64,000 bases of DNA. It comes from Podarcis gaigeae. Lineage: Eukaryota. Each line of letters starts with the position of its first letter. Position 1 is the stretch's first letter. The position numbers were made by a program, and so were the translations under genes. The stretch is from the NCBI GenBank assembly GCA_964106915.2, contig OZ066918.1; one strand, 5' to 3'. A model generated the notes under the pieces. The model was not told the origin of the DNA and made no database searches. It saw only the letters and a program-made list of their open reading frames with translations. Positions 47,743 through 63,020 of this stretch are shown here, in pieces.

Positions 47743-50700
47743 CACTGCCCCAAAGTTTACGCAATGCTCCTCCTATAGTCCTGTTGCTGCCACACTGCAG
47801 ACAAAACATGTCTTCTCAAAGCGTGACTTGTCATGTAGTCCAAGCTCGGGCTCTTGGCTTGTTTTTCGTGCAAACAAATCATCAGCAGTAAGCCCAGAAC
47901 CAACCTTGGATTGTTCACATTAAATAATAGTTTGTTTTAAACTATGTTTTAGCATGGCATGCAAACCAGGCCTTTCCACCATGCTCAGTGCTCTCCTTTC
48001 TCACAGGAGTTTACACTGAGGTTATGTATCTATTTGCATTTCTCTACCAATTTCTCTCATAATCTGCCCTTTCTCTAGAGACTTCATGGTGAGATCTCAA
48101 TACAGTTCAAGACAAAATGAAATTAAAATAAATGGAAAGATTTCAGAAAATAAAAAAATTGGAGCCAGTTAGCCAATCCTGTCCATTGTAGCATGCTAGC
48201 CATTGTAGCATGTTAAGTAAGCATGTTTACATTGTTTACTTAAGCTGTAGATGTTTGAATTCAGGCTAGATTGGTTTTTGGCGTGTCATTGCAGCCATTC
48301 AGAAAGCTATGTTGTACCAGGTCAGCAGGTTCTAAGTCACAGTGAATAGAAGATTCCCAAAATATATAGGAGGTGATATATTCTTTTTTTCTAGCACAGT
48401 TTTATTGAAAATAACTTCATTTGTTACTCTGGTGTTTGGAGCAAGTTTGAAACTCTTCAAGGTGCTTTTAAAACATGTAGAAATTGATAAAATAACTTGC
48501 ATGCAAAGTCTTAATAAAATGTTATATCATAATTAAGGTCAGGTATCTTGTGTTAAAAGATGTGCAGTTTCTAGTTTGGGTTGGGACGTTGTAATCACCT
48601 GCTCTTCAAGTACTTCTTGTCAAGTGATAAAGAAAACGTTTGGCACGAGAACGTCCATCTATCCTTCTAACAAGATAGTAGGCTATGGGCTGCAAAACAT
48701 TTCAACATCCATCTGGAAGGAAGAGGTAGAAGAGGAAAAAGCCTATTCATTTCAGAATTATCAACCACCAGATTGTGTTGCATGGAATGGCACTTCCATG
48801 TATTAAGTGGCATCATTGCTTGGTCTTATTCCAACAGTGTTTATGAAAACAAAGTTCCTTTGTCCAGTGTTGTTAAGTGGTAAGTATTATGAAGCCACTT
48901 CAGTTTCGGAACTGCATTGCACATTCAATGTGCTCTTTTGCGAAATGACCGCAGTAGGTGTAGGTGACCCAGCTGAAACTGCACCCAGACAAATATTGAA
49001 GCAGTGATCAGGAACTGAAGGCTTACAAGTGTGTGTGTGTGTGTGTGGTGGGGGAGTAGAGACACCAGGATAGCAAACGCTCAGCCTCCCTGGCACCCTT
49101 TTTCTAGTTTCAGATTTGAGGCGTCCCTGAACCTATTGCAAATGGAATTGCATGTTGCAACAGTGAACGGGGAACTGTTTGTTTCGTCTTTCTACAACTA
49201 ATGGGGAGGTTGTGGTGACCTCATACAGGTTCAGGCATGCTGACTGTTGTTTGTGCCTCTTAGAGTGTGCTGCATGTGCCCTGTACTTGAACACTCTCTG
49301 TAGGCTTGCATATTTCTAGTGTGTATCATTATGGCCATATGTTATGTCATTGGGATGAATGTTACTGCCAAGGCTTTCAGATGGCCGGTGTGCCACCAGG
49401 CCTATGGAGATTGATGGGATTGCATTGTAAGTCTCTACATCTGCCTCCATGCCTGGGGCTGGTTGGACACTGAACTGTGCCGTCCTGCTAATCCTTGGGA
49501 AAAACCTATTAAAATAGCATCCAGGAATCTTGACCCTATGGAATTGTTTTGTTTCTGCAAACACCCTGCCACTTTCATGTTTGAATCAGACATGAGCAGT
49601 CTTCACCCATGCAGTATTTTCTTTTAGCCCTCTGGACACAATTCATACTGGAGTTTTTAATCCGGCTGTGAAGATCTGAACTATTTGGATGCCAGACACC
49701 ATAGAAACATTTCTACTGTTCTGATACTTTGCAAACAGTGACCATATTCTGACAGTCAGATCTCAGCTTAATCAGCTGATATATGCATGAGCTTCATGCA
49801 CTAGCACACAGTCCCCTTTGTTCCTGTTTCACTCTTCCTTTCACAGAAGTGGTGAAACAAGGCAGGAAGCCAGAGTTGATATGAACTTTCAGTTCCTGAC
49901 TTCTTGGAATCTATTAACCATAGTTCCCTTTTCGGATGTAAGCAGAAGCTTACTGTGGCTTCCTTGGTCACTCAGATAAATGGGGAAGCAAAGGAACTGC
50001 CTGCAGGTGCATAGTTCTCAGGCATATCTCAGTTTACTAAGGGGAGCTGCGATCATTCAAAAGTTGCTGCTGTTTACTGACTGCAAACATACCTATCTGT
50101 AAGATTGACCAAGAACACTCTTATCAGTACTATTGGTGATATAGAAAAAGATATTGGTGTCCCCATCACTAAAGAGTCCAATAGTTCCTAAGGAACTTCC
50201 AAAAATTATGTGAGAACTTTGTATTCATATTGGCCTGTTGTCATTTTGATCTGTAGAGTAGTGGAGATTTAAATTTTGTTAGGATTTGACAGACTCTTAT
50301 TATTCAAGTAGTAGTATTGGAGAGGTGCTATAACCTTCCCTGGCTGTGTGGATTAAAAGTTTACTAAGTAGCTACATCAAGATCTGAACAGATATTTTGT
50401 TTGCTGTTAAATAGGAAAGTAATATTTGGATACCTAGGATAATTCAAGTGCTTTTTAGCAACATAGTAACAACACTGTTTCGGCTGAGTCACTCAAGTCG
50501 TGACAAGTTCCTTGTATGTACATAATGATGAACATAATAAGCTTGCTTCAGATTTTAAAAACACATATGGATGGAAAACCACTAGTTGTGCTTAATTTTT
50601 TAAGAGAAAAGTTACCATAAAGAGATAGCAAGAGAGAAAGAGCATTCTCTTAAAAAAATATTCACTTGCAGAGAGAGAGAAGAAGATGGTTACAAACAGT

Positions 50701-50958
50701 GACAGTAATGCAGTTATCCAATTATATCAGAATATTAAAAGTTTGGATTTGTAGCCATAACTCATCTTAATATGTAGCCAGTTAACAGAAGTAAGGCAAA
50801 ACTGATTGGAACCCTGAAGTCATGTTCATGTTCATGTACCTTAGTGAGCGTTTCAGTAGCCGAGTGCCATTTATAACCTGGCTTGGTTGCTCTCTATTGC
50901 CAGTTTGCAGTAATTGGACCAAGATTACATCTTCGTTTTGCATCTTGTATTCTCATAA

Positions 50959-51114
<156 letters not shown>

Positions 51115-51800
51115 TAAGCAAAATTTTGCCATTTATGGTATTTCAATAGCTCTGGTAACTGTGGAGCAAGGAGACCTCAGTCCATGCTTCCCATGCTCTT
51201 TTCATTTACAGTTCTTCCACTTATGTCATTTGCGTTTGCTGATGCTAAGGCAAACCATAGTAGTGGGGCCTAGGCAAATTATATATATTTAAATTTAAGA
51301 CCTTCCTCTGAAGAACATAGTATGCCTTGAGGAGATTCTATCTTTATTATCAGCTTTCTGCCTGCATATTTGTATAAAACAGCCAAAAAAGAGAGAATGA
51401 CCTTAATGGAGAAGTATATATATTTCTTCTCGTTTGAATGCTAGCTCCATTATTTATTGTTCAACAAAATGTTGTCCAGTTGAAAAATGGACAAAGAAAC
51501 ATTAAATTAATTCCAGAAATTAGTGGACACAATTTGCAGCCCATCATATTGACTTCCTTTCCCCCCCAGACTGGTACTTCCAGCAGCCATGAGAGACTAA
51601 AAAAATATTCTTTTTTAAATAATACAAACTGATATTTTGTGGATTCTCTTATGCATCCTATGTGTCATGTGCTACCTTTCGCTTTTGGAATGCCATCTGT
51701 GGTGTATCAATAGGACTAACATGATGGTGCATCAAGAGGGCTAAGGGGCTTTCAAGCAACATGAGCAAAGCTTTCCCCACTGCCACCATGAGCTGATATG

Positions 51801-52190
51801 GAGTTGTATCCAACAGTAGCGCTCAGTTGACAGTACAGTTTCTGTCCAAAGAATGTATAGCAGGCATAGGCAAACTCAGCCCTCCAGATGTGTTGAGACT
51901 ACAATTCCCATCATCCCTGACCATTGGTCCTTTTACCTAGGGATGATGGGAGTTGTAGTTCCAAAACATCTGGAGGGCCGAGTTTGCCTATGCCTGATGT
52001 AGAGGGAAGCCATTTCCAGTAATTCCCCATTTCCCTTTCAGTCTTCTCTAAATCAGTTCCACAGGCCTGGGGGCACCCTCCAGAATGTATTTGGAGGGAT
52101 ACTGGGGGCCGTAGGGGAGAGGAAGAATCACTGAAAACTACTCCCCTGGACAAGCTTATTGTCAGCTGAACAACACTGTTGGATACAACC
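51801..52190. mobile_element. Older palindromic MITE hosting the 51861 insertion
   Basis: Imperfect ~30-bp TIRs GTTGTATCCAACAGT..TCAGTTGACA / TGTCAGCTGA..ACTGTTGGATACAAC. Confidence 0.7.
51861..51996. mobile_element. hAT MITE, 136 bp
   Basis: TIR CAGGCATAGGCAAACTC, core shared with 55697-55832, 8-bp TSD ATGTA(T/G)AG. Confidence 0.9.
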
Positions 52191-54126
52191 TATGCTCTTT
52201 AGTGCCTGGTGTATGCTAAGCTTATAATATCGAAATGAAACAGGGCACACATTAAAACTAGAATTAATTTTAATTATTGTTGAATTTACAGGAAAAAATA
52301 GAAACATTTTAGAAACTGTGCTATTGTTTGAAAACTTAAAACCACTTTTTTGACATTTTACCTGTTGATTAAAAAAAAGGAAAAAAATATTTTATGTTTA
52401 TTTATGGAAATGGTCTTAATTATGTGGATGAAAGATGGTGCCATGCACTTCACTTGCCACCTGCAAGATTCTAGTCAACAGTGGGGGTCTGTCTATATAA
52501 TTCTGTCAGCCCTTTCCCTTAGGGGAAACATTAATGCGGAAAATCTTAGAGCATTAAACATTTGAAAACAGCATTCGGCATAAATGTGGGTGGAGAGGGT
52601 TTGTAATGAAAGAAGGCTCTTTAAGAGCAGTTTATTAGATTGGGGGCCGCAGAAACACAATGACAGAATTGTTGTGTTCATATTAGAAGCACAAGAGCAC
52701 ATAAATTAACCATTTTCCAATGCAAATGTTTGCTTTCTGCCAAGATCTTAAATTCAATTTTGGTTTTTTTTTTGGGGGGGGGGATGCAGCATGATCTCAG
52801 CACAAAACATACAACTCTTTGGTCTTTGTGTATTGTCAAAGTAGCATGCGATTTTCATAACAGATATAGCCCAGTGTATACATTTACATTAGCATGATTA
52901 AACTGAGAGCTTTTTTCAATTAAAAGCCTCTATTTAAACTCATCCCATTTGATTTTTAATCATGGCATTTTGCCAAGCCCACTTAATTTTCTCTGGGAGA
53001 GAATACAGTGGACTCCTCTTGCACCAGACACATTGCCAGAACTAGTGGAAGAGGTAGGCAGTAGAGGCTCTGTTGTTAGTTTAACATATGGTCTGTGCTT
53101 AATTTCTAATCGGAGATTTTTATCAACAATAATTTCTATCTGTCTGCTGTGGAAAACTGAAAAAACAATAGTCAAAAACGCAAAGCAAATACTAAAGAAA
53201 ACAAACAAACAAAGCTGCATATGAAAAACAGGATCCCTTCTCCCCGATTCATTTCAAGATAAATTCTTGCTCCAGGGAGGGCGCCTTTTACAATGAAGTA
53301 AGGCAGTTGGATCACCTTTGCAACATTGACAAACAAAGAGCTTCCTCTCCGAAATCTCTCTGAATTCACAGTGGTAAAATGTACGTCACAAATAATGATT
53401 CACTGTATCAATATAAAGGTTTTCTGCCTTCATTCGTACAGGAAGTTCTTTGGCCATTCGTATCAAGAGGGTGAGGAGATTCTAGTACCATTGTTGTAAA
53501 GTTTACAACACTTTGTGTCTAGATATGTTGGGAGTAATGAATAGGCCTTATTTTCTTACACAGCCATAGAAGCCCGTCTGTCTGGTAGCAGATGCAAATA
53601 CAGGGGCTAGTTGTCATTACTTAGCAGTGAACAAAAAGATACTCTTGTGGTGGTTCATATGAAGCACTCCCTCCATATGAAGCACTTTCTGGAAAAGGAA
53701 GGAGGGCCACATCCACACCATACAAATCATACCGTGTTAACAATCAGGGCTTCCCACAAAGTATCCTGTGAACTGTAGTTTGCTAAAGGTGCTGAGAATT
53801 GTTAGGAGATCCCCTATTCCCCTCAGAGCTACAGTTCCCAAAGTTCCCTGTAAAGACAGATTGATCGCTAAACTACTCTGGGAATTGCAGCTCCTTTTTC
53901 TGCAAGTACATGAAGAGGGTCTGTCATGTAAGTGGTAAGTGCACACACAGAATTTGCTCCTCAGAAAACTCGCTAGAGGCGCGTGCACAAGCCCTGACAT
54001 CTAGTAAGACCCTTGTTAGTTCTTTACAACAAATGCTCTGGTCAAAAGTGGTCTGCTGAAAGATTATTTTATTTTTCGCTCTTGAGTTTCACCGACTTCA
54101 TCTCCTCATCAGATGCCAGGCGCTAA

Positions 54127-54279
<153 letters not shown>

Positions 54280-55696
54280 TGAAAGGGAGTATTGAGCGAG
54301 GTGGCAGGTTCTGTGAATAATGTTTCTTTTGTGGCGTCCAAACTCTCTAACTGTAGAAGGCCAAAGTTCATTTTGTTCACCTCAGGCTTCAGCAGTTTTC
54401 GGTATAAATCAGTGCCTTTGACAGCCTATTTATCTTTAGCAGCAGGTATTTACAAGCAAGTCAAAGTCTTGGTACAATTGTTTATTCCTCAACTCTTGAT
54501 TTGATCCACAGGGAAGTCTACATGCTTTCGTTTGGTTGGCTAAAAGTTACTGAAAGGCAACTGTAGCATAAATGCCTTAGGTAAACAAATGACAGGACCT
54601 GACCTAGTCTCTTTTAACACATTTAAAAAATGTGCATGTGAGAAAGACAGAGTGCAAACATTTGTAAAAGGCAATATATAGAAATATGATGGTGATGATG
54701 ATATTTATTCTGGGATTTAGTATATGTTTATGTGTATGGGATTTTATACAATTGTGGGCTTTTAAATTTTGTAATTTTAGCTTGATGCTGGTCATTGACC
54801 GTAATAAAACAAATATACTATACTTAGTCTGGGATCTTAATTTTAAAAATACATATTTATACTTATGTCTGAATAATGGCTGACATTGTAAACAAAATAG
54901 GCAATTCTTCAAATGCCTTTTGCCCAAACAAAAGCCTCCAGCATGATAGGGAATGCATATAAACAAAGAAAAAGACCATTTAGGATAACTTCTGAGTGAC
55001 ATATGCATCACTAATTCTGGAGCTAATCCATTCTTTGGTGTGCTATCAGTGATCTTGTATAAGTAATCTAAACCATTGTAAGCTTATTATATTAATATAA
55101 TAATATTTTTTTAAACTACTGAACACTGGAAAAAATAAAAATATTTCGCATGAAAGTCTTGCCAGTAATTCTCTGATATGTTGTTTGCAACTGGGATATC
55201 TGCATTAAAGGTGCAGAGATGGGCAATTAAGGAGGTCTTAATTTAAAGTGCTACTGTTTTATATGTTCTGATATGACACAAGGCGCATCCATCTCCTTAT
55301 GGTTTTAAGTTTTATGGAGCTGGAGAACCACAGTAGGAAATTAAAGCTTATATAAAATGGTTTCTGAAGTTGCTTGAACTGGTAGAATTCCCAGACAAGA
55401 GACTGATAGGCATCACATTGAAATTGTAACATTTGGACTATATCATACAGTAGGACTTTTTGATGGTATATAAGTTTCTTAAAATTATTTGTGATACAGT
55501 TTCCCTTCATACTGTATGTGTGTGGTTTCCTAATTTTTGTTATATGTTCTTTTGTTTCCATGGAGGTTTACTCAATGAAAAGCAGAGCCCACAGCTTAAA
55601 CAACAAAGGACCAGTGGTTTACTTTGTTGCTGGCCTTGGGAACCAGAGTTGCAGGGAAACAGTGTTGCTATATCTCTAACTTAATGGCCTGTAAAG

Positions 55697-55832
55697 CAGT
55701 GTTTCCCAACCTTGTGCCTCCAGATGTTTTTGGCCTACAACTCCCATCATCCCTAGCTAGCAAGACCAGTGGTCAGGGATGATGGGAGTTGTAGGCCAAA
55801 AACATCTGGAGGCACAAGGTTGGGAAACACTG
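55697..55832. mobile_element. hAT MITE, 136 bp, perfect hairpin
   Basis: Perfect 58-bp inverted arms, 20-nt loop, perfect 8-bp TSD CTGTAAAG. Confidence 0.93.
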
Positions 55833-55853
55833 CTGTAAAGTACATCAAGCTAG

Positions 55854-56096
<243 letters not shown>

Positions 56097-57987
56097 TGAT
56101 ATAGTGCAGTTTTCAGTATGTGACATACTCTTGTCTGTTAATTCTGTGCAAGTGTAATAAAAATGACACTGTGGGAGAGTGGAGTGGATAGATGGATGCC
56201 ATATTGAATTTGTTTTGAAAATCTGCAGGAACTTGAATCTCTGGCTAAAAGGAGAGGAATATAGAAGCAACATTCGTCATTTATTTTTACACAGTAGTTT
56301 TCTCTGATTCAAATGCTGGGTGGATTAATTTATGTATTTATGTTATTATTTTTCAGCCTGCCCATCTGATTGCTAGGGCACGTTACAATAACAACATTAA
56401 TTAAGTTCATTCTAGGGGTGGGCAGACTTCAGGCGTTTGGGATCTACTTTGTTTTTTTTCACTGGAGCCAGGTGCAGAATACTGGCTAGGGAAAAGACAA
56501 CACTCTCTCAGAATTAAGGAACAGGGTACCTTTGAGTGGATGCTCAGTGCAGGAATGTCTATAGCCCTGCCACTTCAAAATCCACAATCCACTCCTGATT
56601 CCCTCCACCCCAGCTTTCATCATCACAGCAGCCTTAGTTAGAAGGGAAACAAATATTTTTGTTGTTGCTACTGTTCAGCAATTTGGAGCCAGAAACCTTG
56701 CTGATCTTCTGTAACTCTTGCACAGCTCTACCGACAGAATGTGATCTGCATTCCTCCTGTATTACAGCCTATTCTAACTCTTTGGTAACTGAAAGCTAGT
56801 GTTGAAAACTGAAAGCTAGTGTTGTGCTGAACACTAGTTTCACAGTGTTTTTTGTTCCTGTTCATTTGATGGAACAATGAAGAGCAAATAAGATTCCAAA
56901 AAGTAGTCGGGAATGAGTGGGTGGAACTTCATGATGAAATTCATATGGACAAGTTAGCTTCTTCAGTGGACCTTCTGCATTTCCTTGACGTCTGAAATAC
57001 ATGAGATGACTTTCACATGGTCAGAAATGGAGAGGAATAAAAAGTACAAGGCATGTACTTCCTGCTCCTTTTGTTTTACCTAAACATCTCGTGCCAATCT
57101 CAATAGCCCTGTTCATATGCTCTTTGCTTTCCACCCCCTCAGTTATTGTCACATGAAAGGGAGAGCAAGGGTGAACTCGTTTGGCTCACCACCTCCCTCA
57201 CATCTCTGCCAGCATTGCTGCAAACCCCATATGTTGGTGCTGAACATTTGCAGCTGGGAGCCTGCTGTTTAGTAGAATCCCTGCCTGATTTAGAAACCTT
57301 TTCTTCAAGTTTACTAGACTTGCGCATGGAGCCTACTTGGGTAGAAAAAGTTCCCTGCTGCAGAAGTTCAGACCCCAATATGTGTGGGACTGTACAAATG
57401 CTGAGAGAGATGGTGCATGTCAGGGGGTCAAGCCCATGGGTTCATCTCCTCTCCCACCCCCAATGGAGTAGAGACCTGAATCTGGTTATTGAGCTTAAAG
57501 CATACAAAGCAGAAACTGCTCCACCTCCCTTCTGCTTTTGGTAAGACTGGAAGGGAGTTCTTATAATGAAGGCAAAATGTGGCAAGAGTGCATACTCTGC
57601 TTTGTGATCTTGTGTATGTTCACCTGGAGTAGGTATGGCGTCATGGGGGGGGGGGAGAGAATGTGAATGCTTGAAGGCAGCTGATTTGAACTGAATGTAT
57701 TAAAGAGTTGGGTGTGTTTCAGACTCCAGTAACTTTTATTTTGTGAGAATCACCTCTTTTATTGAATTTATACTATTCTGCTCTATTTGGAAAATAGTTC
57801 TATTTGTTTTATAATTGCAATGGTTTTATCTCTTTTTTATAATTGTATATTAAAAAATAAAATGCTACTTGTACTACAGATAGAATGAACTTATTTTCTA
57901 AATAAATACATGGCAGTAGCATTTTGAGAAAAATCATCCAATGAATTGGAAAAGATGCATGCTACTTATACTTTTATGGGTCAGTAG

Positions 57988-58263
<276 letters not shown>

Positions 58264-58292
58264 TGAAAGATGACAGCTTTGCATGAGCTTGC

Positions 58293-58367
58293 TCCTTCCT
58301 TCCTTCCTTCCTTCCTTCCTTCCTCCCTCCCTCCCTCCCTCCCTCCCTCCCTCCCTCCCTCCCTCCC
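58293..58367. repeat. (CCTT)n(CCCT)n compound microsatellite
   Basis: Pure pyrimidine tract starting ~45 nt after the exon 14 donor. Confidence 0.95.
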
Positions 58368-61300
58368 ATCTACAAATTGCATTTTTGAAGAAACAGATCT
58401 GAAACATGAAATTGGCACCCTGAATGTCACAACACATTCTGAGTTTTATACTCATCCGCCTGTCCCAGTGTTACATCAAGCTTATGGACATTGCTCAGGC
58501 CCAGAGACAATAGCAGTATTCTTAACTATTTGGGCAAATGGTTATTACATTCTATAGTCCAGTGATGATTCCTTTGGTAGAAGGTGAGGGAGTCAACTCT
58601 GGAAATCTAGGGAAATCCTGTTCCAGATGATGCAGGAAAGGTGGGACTGTAGGGGAATAGGAGGAGAAACCTCTCATGGAATTGCACAGCATTTCCAAAT
58701 GCAGTTGGCAACAGTCATAGAATATTTTGCAAATTAGGTTGATCGGGGCTACAAAATTAATAAATAAAAGCAAGTAACCCTTAGTGCTAAATAACTTGTC
58801 CACTCCTTCCTTTTCAAGTTTTTCAGTTTGATCCATTTGAATGGCAGTTTCAGCTATTTTAATATTAATAGGCATTTTTACTAGCAGAATTGTTCATAGA
58901 GGCTCCAGTAAAGAGCTGCATTTAATTTGGAAGCAAATGTATGCGTAAGTAATCAAATGCCAGGTTATGCCGGCTAAGGTTTCTTTTAAAGACAGAACAA
59001 AGAAATCATTATTTGGCAAACAATATCAGAAAATGAACTTAGATATTCATGAATTCCAATATTGATGTGGATAAACTGTGAGCTGTTTAGTCAGGCAACA
59101 AAAGCATAACCTTGAAATTTGCCTTATTAAACTAAAGCCTAAACAGTTTACTAACTTACTGAATATGAAAGAGAGCGCCATTCATTTCCCAAGAGGTTTC
59201 AAGGGAATTCCATCTGCCGGCATTGGCTAATTGGTGAAAAGAAGCAGCAGCAATCCTGTGAGCAAATTAGTCATTTGTCTTCACTTAAAATATTTGCCTG
59301 CTGAGAAAACTAACTGTAATAGCATCATTTTGATATTCAGTCCTTGGAGATCCCTATTTGGCAGATTCCTCCACAGCTAAACCTTAAATTTTCCTGTGCC
59401 TGTAAATACAGTGCAGTCCTCTGCTTAATAGACTAAATAAGGACGATGGTGGAGGTGCAAGGCCAGCTTTCTTAGTAACTGAGTCAGACATAACATAATT
59501 GGCTTTGTTGTTGACTACAGCATTGTGTACTAGCACATGCTAATCAACGTTCCTTTATGTGAGTTGCTTGTTACACCAGAAGTAATATTTTCTAAATATT
59601 TTAGTCTGTATTTAAATTTTGCAGGCAGACATTCCATTTTTTGGATGCTGTGTTTGTGCACATAGTGCCAAACCATGGTTTAGCATCGTGTGGGAACATG
59701 GTCATTGTCTTTTTGGCATGCAAGCCAACTTCAGCTGTTTAAATAGAGAAATGCAGTTGCTAAGTGTGCACAAATCTTCTGCCCTAGAGAAGGAGAAACC
59801 GCATCCTTGAATGAATGCCAACCCCCAAAAGAACTGAAATGTACCAGCAGAATGGAAGGTTTTGAGAGTGCAAGGCATTAAACAGTAGTCACATCTGAGA
59901 AACTAAACAAAAGGGAAATACATTCTGATTCTTTAAACAGCTTAATATTGACATTTCACCAGCTTCCCCATACCCTTACTTGCTCCTTTGGGCAGAAATA
60001 ATAAGAGTTTATATTTTCAGGATGTTCTTACCATCCAGGAACAGAAATACACAGAAATTCAGTGTGTCCAGTTGTCATCTTTATAACATGACATTAAATA
60101 AAAAAATGCAAATGCAACAGATTTTACCAGGCAGTTAAACTTGCAATGAAATAATGTTTATTTCTTTATATCACCACGCAGCCTTGTGGGACTGGTAAGC
60201 GAAAGAAAAGTCCCTCTTCCTCCCCTTTAATACTCCTTCGGCTTGAATGCGGTGGATAGATAGAAATCATTGAAAAATGCTTTCTAGAATTGAAAAAAAC
60301 TGTAATGTTTAAAAGGGTCTTACTGCTTCTGTGAGTCATGTAATGTGCTGCACCAGCAAGACTGTGCAACCCAGAGGGGGATTTGGGGGAGCATGGCTAG
60401 TTTGATTGCACTGAACCCATGGGAGAGGGGGATGCCGCAACTATGATTTAGAAAGGAGCATAAGAGGCAAGGAGATGCTGATTTTGGCGTTGCCCAGGGC
60501 GCTGCTGAAATTTGAGACCCCGAAATCTAGATCTGCCACTGTCATTTTGAAAATGATTTGTAGAATGAAAGAAAGGCCCATTCACAGTCTTGGCCACCTC
60601 AAAAGTAAGGTGACATAAACCCCCTGACACCACCATGTGAAATTCATTGACGTTTTCTCTCCTTTTTTGATAGTTTTTGAATGCAGGAAAAAATGCCTGG
60701 CATAGCACTAGTTCTGACTTGACACTCGGCCAAGGTTCATAGTTTGTTCCTTAGCAAAACATTACTATAATGTGCAAACTGCACCACTGTTTTTGTTGTG
60801 ATGTAACTATTCTTCTGGAATTTAATGGCATTCCAATAATTTCTAATATAGATCTCGATGTTGCTGGAATTTTATTACAATGTTTTATTTTATGGGTTTT
60901 TATTTTAGTGGAGCAAAGCCAGATCTGCACCTTGTGATTCAGATTTGGTTAAAAGAAATAACATGACAAAGAATAATTCCTGTTCAAAAAGCCCATCAAT
61001 AAGAGCATGTAGTGTTGCACTGTGGAAGTATGATATCCTGGACCAAAAGGAGAAAAAAATCCAGTAGAAAGTTTCACAACATGTTTCTTCTGCTGCCTCT
61101 TATTACTAATGACAGAAGAGCTTAAAGCAAGCTATGGTTTCCATCAGCAGGCAGAACTTCCTTTCTGAGTCAATAAAGGTCAATTGTGCATTTTCAAAAA
61201 GGTGCTGACGTGAAGGGAGGAAAGAAGGTTAAGGGTGTAGGAGACCACTTTCAAATTTCATTATTTACGTTTTCTACAACATGTTAGTTTTTCAGAAGTC

Positions 61301-62729
61301 GGTAACTTGGTTTCAAAATGCCAGTCAGCTAGTATGCTGGATATCTCAGAGGGCACAAATGTGCTACATTTCAGCCTTTTTGGGGGGGTGGGGTGGGGTA
61401 GAGAATATAGTTGTTTTTACTTTTATATACTTCTGCAAAAAGTAGCCACTCTGACTCCACATGTTAACTTGAAATCCTGTTCTAATGTAACTTAGAAGTT
61501 GTTGAGTCCATACGAACGGGGTTTATAGTGGAAGTCATTGAGAAGCTATTTCAGGAGCCGTATGATACAATTTAATGTACAGTTTTAAACATTTGATTCA
61601 GTTGAAGGATGGTCTCCCTTCGCAGCATAAAATGGAGTTGTGAGTTTTCAAATGCATTTTCTTAGAGATTTCTCTAGTAGTCACTAAGGGAAAGATTTGG
61701 TTGCTATCTTGCCGTATTTTAAATGCTCTCATAAAAGCAGTGGAAAATAATTACTTGGTATCACTGTATACTATTGCAGAGCTGTGCTTTAATGGCGAAA
61801 GATAAAATCAGCAGGTTTTAAGTGGCAGGAGACTTTAGACTGGCTTCCTAGGAGAAATGACAGTATTTCTGGAGCCTTTGGTACATGTTGCTTGACTATT
61901 TTTAGGGATGTTGAAACCATCTTCCGAGAAAGCTTTAACATGAGTGAATTGTCTTCTGACAAATGTGTTTTAAGTATAGAAAGTTGGCCAATGGGAATTG
62001 TTTTCTATGCTTTAAAACAAAACCTGCCTTCAAGTGGTTGCCACATGTCATTTAGTTTCCACCTGCATTCCCTACCTCCTCGCCCTTTCTGGTCTCGCAG
62101 CAATGTTTTTTCCCCAGGTGCAGAAACACAGCTGAGAGAAATTGTGGGGAGGGTCAGATTATAGCAGCAAGAATCGCATGGCAACAAAATTATGTTGTTC
62201 TGTACTTCCTTCCATTCCCAGTCCTTTGAGGCATAGTCCAGAGGACAGAAACAGATCCATCAACTATGCCAAGCCGAAGGAAGATCACAATGGCAGTGCC
62301 CTCCAAGAGGCAGAAATGCATCTTGCTCTTGCATTTTTGAGTTGTGTACTCTCAGTGACTTGCTTGTCTGCTTGTACTCAGGACTAGCTTGTCCACAGCA
62401 TAAACAAATTGTAGTGATCTGTGCAATTTAATACAAAAGTATTAGTTTTGAGGGACTAAGTATATGAACTCCTTGTCTCCTTTCCTTCATCATTTTAAAA
62501 GAAAACGTTTCATAATCCAAAAATGTTTTACATTTTTTGGGGGGTGGAGAGAAGTGCTTTTTAAAAATGGGGGGGCACTACTTTTTCTGGAATGATTCCA
62601 TTTTCTCTGAGCCTTCACATCTGTCCCTGACTGTGTGTACCTGAATGAAACGGTGTGAATTCTGATGGCTGAAGGTTTATCAAGTTGGGAATCGGGTTGC
62701 AGATGGGATGCGTGTACTCACTTCTGTGA

Positions 62730-63020
<291 letters not shown>

